From positions 24,738,001-24,802,000 of the forward strand of contig OY740813.1 in the NCBI GenBank assembly GCA_963514005.1: a stretch of 64,000 nt of DNA, in the 5' to 3' direction. The translations under genes were made by a program, and so were the position numbers. Position 1 is the first letter of the stretch, and each line of letters begins with the position of its first letter. This stretch comes from Raja brachyura. Its lineage: Eukaryota. Shown one piece after another: positions 12,861-26,268 of this stretch. The notes below the pieces were generated by a model. The model was not told the DNA's origin. It ran no database searches and was given only the letters and a program-made list of their open reading frames with translations.

Positions 12861-15516
12861 CTGATAAAGTACTTTTACAATATACTCCATCAAAGTAGAC
12901 AACTACATTTTTCCATATTATGATAGATTTTCCCAGTTCTTGACAATTTATTGAGCTTAATTATCTATCCTTACAGCTTCCCTGCATCCTCGTTATGCAT
13001 CAACAACTTGGAAATATGATATTTGGTCTCCTCGGGTAAAATTATATAATTGTTTGTGAATAGCAGGGGTGCTGTCGCCCCCCCATATCTATCCAATATC
13101 TCTCCATAACTCGCCATAACTAAGGCCCTCCAAAGATCCATGAGAATGATCCATTCTTGCCCTTTGGTTTCAATCAGATAACCAAAAGCAACATAATGTC
13201 ATATTGTTAACACAACAGGGGTGCATATCTAGGGTGAAATTTAAAGGGTCCACATAATCTGTTCCCTATTTGGAGACAAAACATTCTGTGTTACTGCACA
13301 TGTACTCTTCCATTTTCAAAACTAGACATTTGGTACATTTGAGTAATGGATTTCCTGACATGTATGAACATGAGGCACTTGTGTATTTGGCTACACAGGT
13401 GTAAGTACTGTAATTTACACCGTATAAGCAGAAAACAGATCTGTCACTCAAATGCCTCGCCCGTTCAATATCCCTGGAACAATTTCTACCACTTGGTCCT
13501 TTCCTTATAAAATTATTAATTAAAACATTTAGGAACAATTGAGAGGTGTTAAACCCCAAATTTCTATAACAAACGTAAGTAATTTTTCCACAAGTTGTGT
13601 CATATACAGGAATAAAGTCTTGGATTCAAATTCTTCTTGTAACAGGTAGCTTCTAAAATGCCCCACTCTTTTGGGTTTGCAAATATAGCATGCAAATGGA
13701 TGCTTGTGATTGACTGGATGGAATCTGTGCAGTGCTGAAATGTTAATATAAACTAAAATTGCAACAAATTATTAAAACTTTACAATTTTTTGGGTTGTTT
13801 TTGACTCAAAACATAACTAAAATGCCGTGATAAACCAGTTGAAGAAGTTGACATGTTAAATCATTGCTAAGTCCCCTGTCTAATTTTCCCAAACTGCAAT
13901 TGCTACATTGACAAAAATATGAAATTGATTTGGTTGAAGGTTGTTAAAGAGCCAACAGCTGAATGTCACAAACAATGAATGGTCCTTGCTTTTGAAAAAT
14001 CAATGGATAGATTAAGCAGGCCATGTGCAATGCATGGTAACCTGTTCACTCCTTGGGATTAAAAAAAAAATCTTTCCTTGATTATGCAGTAAAACTTGAT
14101 GAATATTAAACAATCTTTCCTAAATGTATGTTTAAAAAGACATTGCATCAAATCAATAACGCTGTCAGAAGTAATATTTAAAGATTTATGTAAACATTAT
14201 AGAATCTCATTTATTGTGAGTACTAACGATTTCAAGACCATTCTGAAGTTAATAAGTATTACTTGTGTGCCCTCAAACTGTTATCAAAGTAGGTGTTTCA
14301 CTTGTATCAGAAGTAGTAGTTGGTTGAAACAAAGAAAGCAGCGAATATGAGTTGTTTTTACAAACAGCTGAACCAGAAATACTTACAGTACATTGCTCTT
14401 AATCATGCCAAAAGTATTCTAAGTATCCTTGAGTATTCTTTGCTTCTGCAGACTGTGCATTGAACATTACTGAGTGTACTTACTGCAGGTATTCAAGAAA
14501 ATGGCTGCAGAACTGAGACTGACAGTTTCTTGTAGCTGAACTACAATAAATGCATTAATAGAATGTAATTAAGAGATTCAATCAGTGTGGTGACAGAGAT
14601 CAAGTGCTTTATGAATGGAGGCACTAGTTTCCATTGATCTATGAGGCACATTCCCAGCTTTTTATGAACTGAACAATGGAGGATTAGTGCTCAGAACTTA
14701 ACAATAAACTGGCCATTTCATTATAATAGGACTGTTAGTCCATTTAGTTGCAGAGTAAATTGGGAGAATAGAAATTCTTTGTGGTGTTTGGCCTCCACAT
14801 AGAGGTATAATTACACAGTGGTACATATCATAGAGGAAGAGCTCCCTTTATGAATTTTGAAGCATCCTTGAGGTGTTTTGTGTCATTGGAAAATAATCAA
14901 TTTTCTCACGTTGCATGATTTCATTAGACTTGGGCTTGAAATTTAGTGAGCAAGAGGTCCTGTGGGCAAAGTCATGAATGGGCTCATCAGCAGTACACTC
15001 AGGTTTCTTTAATGTGGCCACTGATAGCTAATGGGCAGGCTCAAATGGAAGTCTACTAGGAAGTCTACATTTACTGTCAAGGAGCATGGATGACTTTTGC
15101 ACCAATGAGGCAGTACTTTGAGCAAAGGTTGGAAACCATCTTCCCCGAAGTGTTTGTGCATTTGTAGATCCAACAAATGGATCTGAAGATATAACTTGCA
15201 TTACTGCAGCTGCAGCAGCCACTCATCTCAACAGAATAATGTCACACTTGCTTTCTGTTAGGTACGCTCAGCTTTGTGACCATAGATTATAGTATGCAAA
15301 GGACTTTCAGAACCTTACAGCAGATGAGCATCCTACCTGATAACATCACTGGCGCAGTGCTCCAGGGGAAAAGATGTGTTCTATGGAACACCAAGCTGCA
15401 ATTAACTTTAGGAAACCATGTTCATCCTTAGATCTGCCGCTGTGCCAATGCTGGCTATCAGCCAGCTATCCTGGGGAGCAAACTCTGCAATTATGATAGT
15501 GCCATCTGAAGCCATA

Positions 15517-15987
15517 GGTTGCATCACAGCTTGGTTTGGCAACTGCTCTGCACAGGACCACAGAAATTGCAGAGTTGTGGATGCAGCCTAGTCCATCACG
15601 CAAAGCAGCCTACACCATGCTGCCTTGGGAAAGCAGCCAACCTAATCAAGGACCATTCACACCCCTGTCATTCTCTCTTCTCCCCTCTCCTGCCAGGCAG
15701 AAGATGCAAAAGATTGAAAGCGCGTTGAAACCACCAGATTTAGACACATCTCCTATCCCACTGTTAGCAGATTATTGAATGGACCTCTTATAAGCTAAGA
15801 ATGTATTCCTGATCCCCCAACCTACTTTGCAGCAGCCCTTGCACTTTTTCTTCCTTTTACCTGTGTCTTTTCTGTAGCTGTAATACTATATTTTGCATGA
15901 ATTAATTGTATTTGTGTATGGATAATTTACTCGGATAGTGCATAGAACAGCCTTTCATTGGTGCTCGGTAAAAGTGAGAATAATAAA
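15517..15987 (+). mobile_element. Rex/Babar-like LINE 3' fragment
   Basis: CITAWFGNCS and 'CLGKAANLIKDHSHPCHSLFSPLLPGRRCKRLKAR' match the Rex1/Babar ORF C-terminus; ends AATAATAAA. Confidence 0.75.
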
Positions 15988-16157
15988 TGAATATTGCCAA
16001 TATTTTAAAATTAATCATTCAACATCCTGTTCCTTGCATATCAAATGCCTTTCCATCTCTGTCTTAAAGAGACTTGCTTCCAACATCCTTGAGAATGAGT
16101 GTTTTCAACACTTGCAGACCTCTTAGAGAAATAAAATCACACCATCCTAGTCATACT

Positions 16158-16445
16158 GGACGGCACAGTGGCATAGCTGGTTGAGCTGCTGCCTCACAGC
16201 ACCAGAGTCCCACGTTCGTTCCTGATTGTGACTGCTGTCTGTGTGGAGTTTGCATGTGTCCCAATGATGGTTTGATTTCCTCTGGTTTCCTCGCACATCC
16301 CAAAGATATGCAGGTTAATTGACCTCTGTAAATTGCCCCTAGTGTTGATGTGTAAGTGGATAACAGAACTAATGTGCACGGGTAATCAATATATTTTTGG
16401 GCTGAAGGGCCTGTTTCCATGCTGTACCCCCAAACTGAACTAAAT
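16158..16445 (+). mobile_element. HE1-like SINE
   Basis: GGCACAGTGGCATAGCTGG head, TGTGTGGAGTTTGCATG core, GGGCTGAAGGGCCTGTTTCC 3' end, AAACTGAACTAAA tail. Confidence 0.85.
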
Positions 16446-16539
16446 GGAAAGCCTTTGTTTTTAATCAGTGACCGATTCTTCCTTAGGAGGGAACCACGTC
16501 CATCCTGTCAGGACTCCTTAAGGACCTTGCATGTCTAGT

Positions 16540-17226
16540 TATATTTAACTAAAACTCTCATCTTGTTATCTACAGGTTTGCATTGTTTCTCTATTTGTGA
16601 AAAAACGGTACAAGATTTTTGGCCCACCTTACTCACCATTGTCCTGTGCTGTAAATGAAATGAGCTTTGTTCAGATCGATGGTGTATTTGAAAAGTTATC
16701 AAGGTTTTTAAAAAAAACTTGACACAGAGCCCCCATCTGCGCATGCGCAGTTGATGGAAAGTTACTGGCGTCACAAAGGGCACCCGACGGGTCCTCAGCC
16801 ACACCTGCTGACAGAGAGGATGGGGTAGGGGGGGAGTGGGGGAAGGTGAGGAGGGAAAGTGGGGGAGGAGGGGGATTAGAGGGAGAAGAGGGGTGAGTGG
16901 GGGAGGTAGGGAGTGGGGAATAGAGGGAAAGAAGGGCAGGAGGGATAGTGGGGGGGGGATAAGGGAGGTGAGGGAGGTGGGGGATAGAGCGATAGGAGGG
17001 GGCTAGGGAGGGGAGAAGAGTTATTGAGGAGAGGAGGAGGAGAGGGGAAAAAAGAGGGAGGGTGAAGAGGCGGGAGAGGGAGTGCTGGGGGAGTGAGGGG
17101 AAATGCACCGCGCCTGCGCAGTTGGGGGCTATGGGTGAGTGTTGTAATATTGCGTTGGGGAACGGGTTGCGTTGTGGAACCAGGTCTCCTGTGTGACAGA
17201 GACCCAACGGGTCCCACTTAGTCTAG
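16540..17226 (+). mobile_element. Non-autonomous Helitron
   Basis: 3' end GACCC-AAC-GGGTC hairpin, then CCACTTAGTCTAG|T (CTAG at 17223-17226). AT-rich 5' end TATATTTAACTAAAACTCTC, boundary approximate. No TSD. Confidence 0.7.
16815..17100 (+). repeat. G/A-rich low-complexity polypurine tract inside the Helitron
   Basis: Dominated by G and A with many G3+ runs; explains the Pro/Ser/Leu-rich ORFs on the minus strand. Confidence 0.9.
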
Positions 17227-17289
17227 TTTCAATTAATTCTCCTCTCCCTCTCCTAAACTCTCAGATGTGGTCTTAGCAACTTAGCAATG

Positions 17290-17610
17290 CCATAGAGTCA
17301 TATAATACAGAAGTAGGTCCTTTGGTCCATGCTGACCATCAAATAACCAAACTCTGCTAATCCCATTTACCACCATTTGGCCCCATATCCTCCCATCCCT
17401 TGGTGATTGAAGTGCTCGTCCAGATACTTTATAAATGTCGTGAGTATCTGCCTCCTGCATCTCAGGCAGTGCATTCCAAATTGCAACCAATGTCTGGGTG
17501 AAAAGGTGTTACTCGGCTCCCTTCTAACCTTCTTACCCCTCACATTAAGCCAATACATTCTGAATTCCGATGTTATACATTATGGGAAAAGGTTTCTGAC
17601 TATCCACCCT
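17290..17610 (-). mobile_element. Degenerate CR1 3' fragment
   Basis: Minus-strand remnants 'VAIWNALP' and 'FIKYLDEHFNHQGMGGYG', then a CR1-type 3' UTR. Confidence 0.7.
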
Positions 17611-18639
17611 ATTGCTGGCATTAAATCAGGCAGAGCCCTAATATGCAGAGATATCTGGGTGTCCTTGTGCATGATTCACAAAAGGACAATGCAGTAGTGA
17701 AAAATAACATCCCAATAATTGCTTGATTTACCCCTAAGTGGTGATGATTTTGATGGAAAGTCGAGATACTTCTGTATGATATTTTTCAGACCAATGTGCC
17801 ATCATGAAACCAGTTCCCAACTCATTCAATTATTGTGTGTAGCCAGTGTGTAGCCAGTATCTTATAATTCATTATTTGGGGCAAGAGCATGGGACTTACA
17901 GTATTGCTCACTTTAACACTTTTATTTTGTCACCAGGAGACAGGGTTCCTGGTATATCAGACTACTTTACATTTCTCTTTCTCTTGAAATGGAGTATTTC
18001 ACTATGATTGAGGTCATGACTTCATCTTGCATGAACTCATAAAATGTGCTCATTGAGAATCAGTCAGTTATCATAATCAAGTTTGCCATAGATGTCAGAA
18101 GAGCTTGCCATTCTTCACCTCCCCACCCCCACCCACCCTAGCAGTTGTCATCTGTACTCATTCTTACAGATTATTTGGCTCAATCTATCCAGTCTTTCCA
18201 TTTCAGTTTTGACCTTCCACAAAGTCTTTACACCTGCTGGTTTCATTGGTGATAAAAAAACTTCAATTTTCAGCACGCATGCACTGGCTGTTGTAGTCCT
18301 TTGAATATAATCTGGTTCAGCACACAGGCCATTCTTCTAACCCCTCATTGGCAACTTTATTCTGCTACTTTATATCAAATAACTGGAAAACTTTAATGTT
18401 TTGCTTCTGAACCCTGAAGAGATCATTGAATAATGTCACAGCTTTGGTATTGTACTACTGACTGAATAGATATCTAAAGGTTTATATTGTTAATTATTCC
18501 ATATGTTAAACAGAATCACATATCGAGCACATTAACAATCCCATGCAATGAATTATGATGATCATAAAAGCACATATTTGTATTCATGGAGTTCAAGACT
18601 TGTACCACACTGGGCAAGACTTGTACCACACTTATTACA

Positions 18640-19980
18640 TGATGACATATTATACCCCGCTGCCCAATGCTGCCGCTTTCAGGAAACTATAGACTTCGAC
18701 CCCAAGATCTTTCTATTCATTAACATTCCATGGTGTTTAACAATTACTGTATTTGTTATTATATTTGATTTCTCAAAATGCATCATCATGTACTTCATTC
18801 CATTTGCCAACTCTCCACTCAACTTTCCTTATGATCTATATCCTGCTCTAGCTTTAGACAACCTCTCACTTTAAACTTGTACCCTCTAGTTATAGACACC
18901 CCAAGAAAAGTACTCTGATTATCTATCCTATCTATGCCCCTCATCATTTTATAAACCTCCTATATGGTCACACCAGAGTCCTACATTTCAGTGAGAATAA
19001 AACCAGCTTTTCCAATCTCTTTATCCTACAGCCCTCCATTCCAGGAAACGTCCTGGTGATTTATTTTGCACTCTCTCTCTCTTGCCACCAGATCCTTACT
19101 GGATAGCAGGAATCAGATTTGTACACAATCTTCTAGGTGCCGTCTAAGCAACATTTTTACAACCGTAGCATGACCTCTCAATTCTTACATTTAATGACTT
19201 GGCCGATGAAGGCAAGCATACCAATGTCTTTTCACTTCTCTGTACACCTGTGTCACCACTTTCAGCAAGCTGTGAACTTGCATCCCAAAGTGCCGCTGTC
19301 CCTAAATACTCCTCAGACCATTGCTATTTATCCTACATGACCTGCTAGTATTTAACTTCATGTAGTATATTGGCTCACAGTTGTCTGGCGAAAATTGCAT
19401 CTGACACTGCTCTGCCCAACTGTCCAGCTGATGTGCTACTGTATCCGAGCCAACTTTCCTTGGTCTCTACCACCCCACCGATTTTTGTGTTGCCTGTAAA
19501 CTTACTGATCAGACCATCTACATTCTCATTCTCATCCAAGTCATGTATTCACATCACAAACAATAAAGGTCCCAGCATTGATCATTGGAACAGACCACCA
19601 ATCAAAAAAAAAACCATTGACCACTGCCCTCTGCCTCCTACAACAGAGTCATTTTTGAATCCAGTTTTCAAGCTTCTGACTAATCTACCATTTGGGACCC
19701 CCTCAAAAGCTGCACCGGAGTCCATATAAATCACGTTTACCTCATTGGCTTCATCAATTTCCTTAGTTACGACAGAAAAATATCTAATTAGCCATTACCT
19801 TTCCAAGTGAACAGAAATCCAAACCCTTAGAGTCTTCTCTAACAACTTTCCAGCCATATACATACAGCACATGGGGCTGTATTTTACAGACTTGCCCTGC
19901 TGCTCTTTTTGAATAATGGGACATTAGCATGTAAAAATCTCCATTGGGGTCTTAGCATTCTCTTCCCTTTGCCTTCCCTA
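18640..19980 (-). mobile_element. Cluster of old CR1 ORF2 fragments
   Basis: Patchy similarity to 9146-10300, e.g. TATGCCCCTCATCATTTTATAAACCTC, CAATAAAGGTCCCAGCATTGATC, CCATTTGGGACCCCCTCAAAAGC. Confidence 0.6.
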
Positions 19981-20071
19981 GCATTCTAGGACAGCTCTCA
20001 ACCACCCTTCTGCATTCCAATACATCTAACAACACCACTTTCTTAATACCCTGAACTTGTATTCTCCACAT

Positions 20072-20299
20072 CCTGGAGGACACAACGTGTTGGAGTAACT
20101 CAACATGTCAAGCAGCATCTCTGGAGAACATGGATAGATGACGTTTCAGGTCAAGACTGTTCTTCAGGTGGACTGAAGAAGGGTCCTGACCCGAAACACC
20201 ACCTATCCACAGTGCCCAGGGATGCTGCCTGATGATCTGAGTTACTCCAGCACTTTGTGTCCTTTTGCGTAAACCAACATCTGTAGTTCCTTGTTTCCA
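20072..20299. mobile_element. Fold-back PLE-terminus-derived element with 12-bp TSD
   Basis: Inverted arms 20078-20167 and 20173-20262. TSD TATTCTCCACAT (20060-20071) / TATCCTCCACAT (20300-20311). Confidence 0.8.
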
Positions 20300-22454
20300 T
20301 ATCCTCCACATACTACTCCTTGGTGTACACTATACCAAGAGTGGACTTGTTCACATGTTGGACAAGCTGTATATTAAATTGTGTAATTGTTGAAAATATA
20401 TTAATCTATTTAGCAGGCACACGCCCTGCTTTGAAAAGTCACTGTACAGTTGTGTGATCTGTAATTTCTCAAAACAAATCTGAAACCACTTTGAATGCTT
20501 ATTGCTTTAAAGCTGAAATGATAAGTTTAAAATGCCAGTAGTCATAGGACATAGATTCTTGCAGCAACCATGAGTGCTTTTATGAAATGCATTCAGTGGT
20601 ATATTGTTACAGTGATAAACAAGTTATCTGTGCTACAGATGAAATGGGTATTGCCTATACCAAACTTAAATACGGTATACAGTAATTTACCAGCATCGCA
20701 TCCTATTCATTAAGCAAGTTTTATCCTAATCATTCCATAAAATCAAAAAATTGCATGTCTCCTTCATAACACTCCTTATCAAAAGTGACATTGCAGATTT
20801 CATTGGGCGATGAGAAAAGCTATTTATGTTGGCTTAAGCTGCTGGGATGGGAATTCTCTTTTCACCCCTTTAGAAAAAATGAACTCATTATTAAAACTCC
20901 CAAGTGCAGCATTCACTTCAAACAGTGAAGATGATAACCTGTTAAAAAACTGGCAGATTTTCTGCAAGTGGACGTTGTAATAAAAATGCCCCCTACTTTG
21001 TTGGGATCATATTTGGAAGGCTGCTGCCATATGTTATTTTCCTCTTTAGCTGGGATTATGCCATCATTATTGCTGATAAAAGCTGTTTACTGCCTTGGCA
21101 AAACAACCACGCTTGGGGCAGTTTGGGAACTGGTGCTTCACTCTGCAGCAGAGTTCATTTGTTGCCAGCTGTTCTGAGCTTGGTTTTTTTTTTAAGATGA
21201 GGTTTTGTGCGGTATCGCATCAATGGAGAACCCAAATAAGTTAATTTGTGCTCTCCTGTCAAACTGTTACTGATGACCCTAACATTAATTTTCTTTCCCT
21301 TGTAGGTATATTTTACAATATTGTAAAATTAAACAATTGATGCATCTACCTAGAAAATTATTCAAGATAATTATTTAGAAAAGAAAAATAAAATATTGTA
21401 GGATTTTGACAGCTGTTTAAAGGATAATTTTCCCCACCAGAGTCAAATTTTGTTAATACCAGAGTCAAATAAATGTTAATTTTCAACCAACTCTACCTCT
21501 CCATGCTCACTTCCACACAGTCGGGTGAGGATGTTTGTGTGGTCTGTTTAACTATGTTGAGGTCGCATCAAATCTGAACGTGCTTTATCTGTCTTCACCT
21601 AATGTTCCACATGCATGCAGTTTCCAGCAGGGTCAAATGATTAGAGTCATGGGTAACTTGTTCCCTTTCCAGCTTGTGTACAGAGGGACCAATTATAATA
21701 CTTTCACTGCTCCCTGTTGAAATTAACTAATTCTGCACAGACCAGGCATAAAACCTGACACCCTTCTGCATTTCTATCCATCATTGAACAATTATAGGAG
21801 TGAGCCAACCCTGGGTGTTTTGCGACTCTGGCTAAATATTTTTGGAAGGGTGGAGGAAGAATAATGAAGGTTTTCAGAAATGGGACTTTTGACATGATGA
21901 CATAAAATTGTGCTATTGCAGTAACTTATTATATCTTTTCTGTCATGGGAAATCATTTTGATCGATCCGCCCTCTGTTCTAGGACAGTTTTAGTAAATAT
22001 TACAGCCCTGTAATGAGTTTTTAAAATATTGTGAACACAATTAATATATCTTATTTTATTGAAAATGAGAGGGTTTAAAATGTAAACATTTTAAGAAATT
22101 ATTATTAGCTGTTATTAAACCTTAGCCATTGAGTATTTTAAATTACTGTTCGGCAAAAATGTCAAGAAACCACAAAACAATGATTATGTAATTAACCATT
22201 TTTTAGCCAGGTGATTATTTATGCCTTGTTTCATTGACAAAATATTTAGTTGCTAGAGCTTGAGAATCGCTTTCTACTGAATAGTAAAACTATACTTTCA
22301 TTTATATGGTAGAATAACCTGATTTATTTATTTATTTTTAAACAATTCGCAACTGCATAGAATTACTTTTTCAGTTGAAGTTGCTTTGGACAAAGGTTTT
22401 AATTCAAACATCACAATTTCTTCACCACAACAGTGGTTATTCTCCCAAACAAAC

Positions 22455-22945
22455 TTTGGGTTTAGGTTTATTATTCTCATGTGTACTGAGGTACAGTGAA
22501 AAGCATTGTTTTGCATGTGCTATCCAATCAGATCAGATCATACCATACAATCAAGTCAAACTCGAGTACAATAGATAGAGCAAAAGGGGAAGATACAGAG
22601 AGCAGAATATAGTTATGTACATTGTAGTGTACCAATTCCATAGACAAAGTCCAATGTCTGCAATGGGGGAGAGGTGAATTAGATTATCTGTGCTGATGGA
22701 AGGACCGTTCAGAAGCCTGATAACAGAGGGCAAGAAGCTGTTCCAGGTTCTGATGGTCCATGCTTTCAAGCTTCTGTATCTGCCCGCTTGACGGGAGCGG
22801 GGAGAAGAGGAGTGACCGGGGTGGATCAACTCTTTGATTATTTGGGCTGCATTTCCAAGGCAGCATGAAGTCAATGGTTGGGAGTCTGGTCTGTATGTTG
22901 GACTGGGCAAAGCCACATCTTTGCAATTTCTTGCGGTCTTGGGCA
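22455..22945 (-). mobile_element. Rex/Babar-like LINE 3' fragment
   Basis: ORF 22551-22967 contains 'CLGNAAQIIKELIHPGHS…GRYRSLKAWTIRTWNSFLPSVIRLLN'; AATAATAAACCTAAACC tail. Confidence 0.8.
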
Positions 22946-23208
22946 TTATGTAAATGCAGGTATTCAAAGGTTAACCTTTCTTGTGCTCTTGTTTTAAGTT
23001 TCTATTAAAAATATTATTGTTGATACAAATGATGTAGATAGTTTTAATCCACATGATGCATCATTTTCAGTTCTGTTTAATATTTTGAATTTGATTGTGA
23101 TTTTCAGTTCAAGGTCATTTTAGTGGTTTAAGGTCATTTTCAAGAGGGCATTAAAAACCCATTCATGTTTCTTAGCCATACTCATCATCCACCAACACAT
23201 GACATAAA

Positions 23209-23329
23209 GAAGGGTCTCCACCCGAAACATCACCTATTCATTTGCTCCATAGATGCTGCCTCACCCGCTGAGTTTCTACAGCATTTTTGTCTACCTTCGA
23301 TTTTTCCAGCATCTGCAGTTCTTTCTTGA
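23209..23329 (+). mobile_element. Short PLE-terminus-derived insertion with 12-bp TSD
   Basis: GAAGGGTCTCCACCCGAAAC…CAGCATCTGCAGTTCTTTCTTGA, flanked by ACATGACATAAA at 23197-23208 and 23330-23341. Confidence 0.85.
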
Positions 23330-23419
23330 ACATGACATAAATACTATCACTTGTAAAACAGTTTTCCTAGTCTAGGATAAGACCAGGCATCCATTCAAAA
23401 CTTTGTTTTAGCTTAGACA

Positions 23420-23493
23420 ATTCGCAGCTTAGCCCTTGAAAAATAAGGGCTAAGCTGCGTGTAGCTTACTTACTATTCGCAGCTTAGCCCTTG
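23420..23493. repeat. Direct-inverted-direct micro-triplication
   Basis: ATTCGCAGCTTAGCCCTTG at 23420-23438 and 23475-23493, with an inverted 15-mer AAGGGCTAAGCTGCG at 23445-23459. Confidence 0.9.
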
Positions 23494-23719
23494 CTCTTGG
23501 TCAGTGCAAATCACTTTTTTCCTTCTCCCCATTCTACACGAATGGCAGACAAATGAAAGTATTCTTCATCACAGAAACATTACGCACTTAAAAGTTTGGT
23601 TTTCGTTATGTGTCTGAAACATTTTAGAATACCATGAAATGCATTACTGAAAATGTACCAAATTTTATTTCATTAGGCTACAGGGCATAGCAGTGAACCT
23701 AATTATTTTATTTTGATGG

Positions 23720-23805
23720 AAATAGAAGATGCTGGAAATACTGAGGAAGTCTGGCACCCTTTATGGAGAGATGCACCAAGTGAACGATTCGGTTCAATGA
23801 ATGTT
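23720..23805 (-). mobile_element. Old PLE-terminus fragment
   Basis: AGATGCTGGAAATACTGAGGAAGTCTGGCACCCTTTATGGAGAGA resembles the other PLE termini. Confidence 0.5.
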
Positions 23806-24684
23806 CAGTTCCAAATCCACACCCACACCCACACCACACGCACACTCACAACCTTTGCGCACAGATTTCTTTCATTTCAGTTTCCCAAATTAGAACAAAA
23901 AGAAGCAAAGCAAAACTGAGATGTGTTGCTTACAGAAGGAATTTTGTATAACTAAAGAGGCGGTGTGGAATGAGATGCATAACTCTTGAAATAATTTGTA
24001 TAACCAAGTCGGAAAATGAGCAATAGATTGTATGGACATACAACCTGTGTGGATACAAGTAGGATGACATATTTGCTGGGTTACAAAGAGTTTGTCATTG
24101 CTATTTAGAGTTTAATGAACAAATTTAACTTTGAATGCCAGTGGAAGAATTTCCTGGAATTATTTAGTTTTTGCAGTACTTACCTCTATCTGCCTGCACA
24201 TATTGAAATATTCCCGATTATCCCCATTTGTGTAATGTTGTGTTGTTTCTTTGGCTTCCATCCTGTTACCCAAGAGATATCACGTGGGGGATGTGAGGGT
24301 ATTATAAAGGTGCACTGTTATCACACCTTCTCATTAATAAAGTACAATGGAAGGTTCTTCATTGATTAAAGTGCATTTGGAAAGCTTGATCTCATTAAAG
24401 ATCTCTGCGACTGCATAATGGACAGAGTGCTGGGACTTAGAAATGCTTTGGATTGTTCTCTTTAGACCAGCATGGATGCAATGGCTCAATAATATTCTTC
24501 ATCATAACTTTTCGATTATATTGAAAACATTTCTTTCTTTTTAAACCTGACACAAAGTGTTTTTGAAAAATTTGTCGATAATTAATTAATATAATGCAAA
24601 TGATTGTATTTGCATATTTGACTTGTGCAATTTTGTTTTGACATTATCAGGCTTTTAATAACCATTATGTTAATAACATATTGC

Positions 24685-24856
24685 TTAATCTACAAACCTG
24701 TACATCGTTTGAGCGTGGGAGTAAACCGGAGCCACTGGAGAAAACCCATGCAGGTCACGGGGAGAAAATACAAACTCCATACAGACAGCACCTGTTGTCA
24801 GGATCGAACCCAGGTCTCTGGCGCTGTAAGACAGTAACTTTACTGCTGCGCCACCG
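24685..24856 (-). mobile_element. HE1-like SINE, 5' part only
   Basis: Homologous to 1995-2156, with A and B boxes on the minus strand. Confidence 0.85.
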
Positions 24857-25049
24857 CTAAGCCCGTTATCTTATGTTGTCTGAAGTGGATAATGTGAGTT
24901 TACGATTAGAATGTGGCAGGTTTGGAAGGTCATGTGGTTCAGCAGATACTTATCTCTGGTGATGGTACAAAACCAATGGAATTTTCCCACTGTACACTCG
25001 TGTATCACGTGTTATCTTAATTACATTGATGAACCTTGTGGCCACACTA

Positions 25050-25650
25050 CTCATCACAATGTTTTCCAATGTTGCACTGCTGCCCATCATTTTCTTTGGA
25101 AGAGTAGATGGATAAAGATAGTCAAGATGAGGAGTGATCAGAGCAGCAAGTTCTGCGGGCAACGAGAGAGCAAGCTGTACAAGACCTGGTATTGTGCAAT
25201 GAGATGGGCTTGGTTATTTAAGGAAGGATGTTAATGCATTTGGAAGTGTTAGCAGTTACATTGATACTTGGAATAAATAATTTGTCATATGAGAAAAGTT
25301 TGGATAGGCTTGTATCCACTGGAGTTTAAAAGAATTAAATATACAAATGTGTAAGATCTTGAAAGATCAATATGGTGAGGATGTTTCTTGGGATAATTGA
25401 GAACTGATGGTCACAGTTTAAAAGTAATGGTTTGCCCATTTAGGACATTGGTGAATCAAAGTATTTTTTCATCAGGTCATGAATCTTTGGAAATCTTTTT
25501 CAAAGGTTTAAGAAAAAATTAGATGAGCACATGGATGGGACAGATTTAGAGGGATATGGGCCAAATGTTAGCAGATGAGACTAATGTTGGCCAGTGTGTG
25601 TAAGTTGGGCTGAAGTGCCTGTTTCCACACTGTATGACCCTATGACTATG
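25050..25650 (+). mobile_element. Degenerate CR1 ORF2 C-terminus and 3' end
   Basis: TTATTTAAGGAAGGATGTTAATGCATTTGGA, GATTTAGAGGGATATGGGCCAAATG and a (CTATGA)n tail. Confidence 0.65.
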
Positions 25651-26268
25651 ATTTTGGGTGGAAAGTTATTGATAAGCAAGAAGATTAATCATAACCATGG
25701 GCAGACAGGAATGGGGAGTTGCACTCACAATCAGATCGGCCAGTACTCAAACTCTTGCTCCTAACCTCAAGTCTGTATGTACTGCCATGAAGCTTCCAGA
25801 GGATTGTAACTGCTAGGGGGCTCTGTTACTTCTATTTCATAATTTCTCATTTTGTGAGATTGGAGTTAATGCTTCATGATTTATGGAAAGGAAAAGGAAA
25901 TTCCCGGCATAACTTTCTACATTCTGGCAGCTCTTTGTGAGCTAGATGAATTTAGGTTAATTTGCTGGAGGGGTGGGGGTAGGTTAATTACCCATTTAAA
26001 ACACACTAAGATGTTTAAGTATTAAGTTTAAAGATTCGTCTTCGTTTGCTCAGATGACTGCTAGAGCATTTTGAAACATCTGGAATTACATTGCACATGC
26101 TGCTTGCAGATTTCATAGACTTGCTTCAATAGGAAGATCACCCCAAAAGTGCTGCTGCAGGTGTCACAGAAAGTTCCATTTACGCATTTGGCAAAGCAGT
26201 TTTGAATGGAAAAGTGAATGCACATTTATGTTAATGGGCATGCTTTTTATGAATAATATCAATACATA

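Noticed and set aside
16671-17217. Pro/Ser/Leu-rich ORFs of 178 and 113 aa
   Set aside because: Artefact of the polypurine tract in the Helitron.
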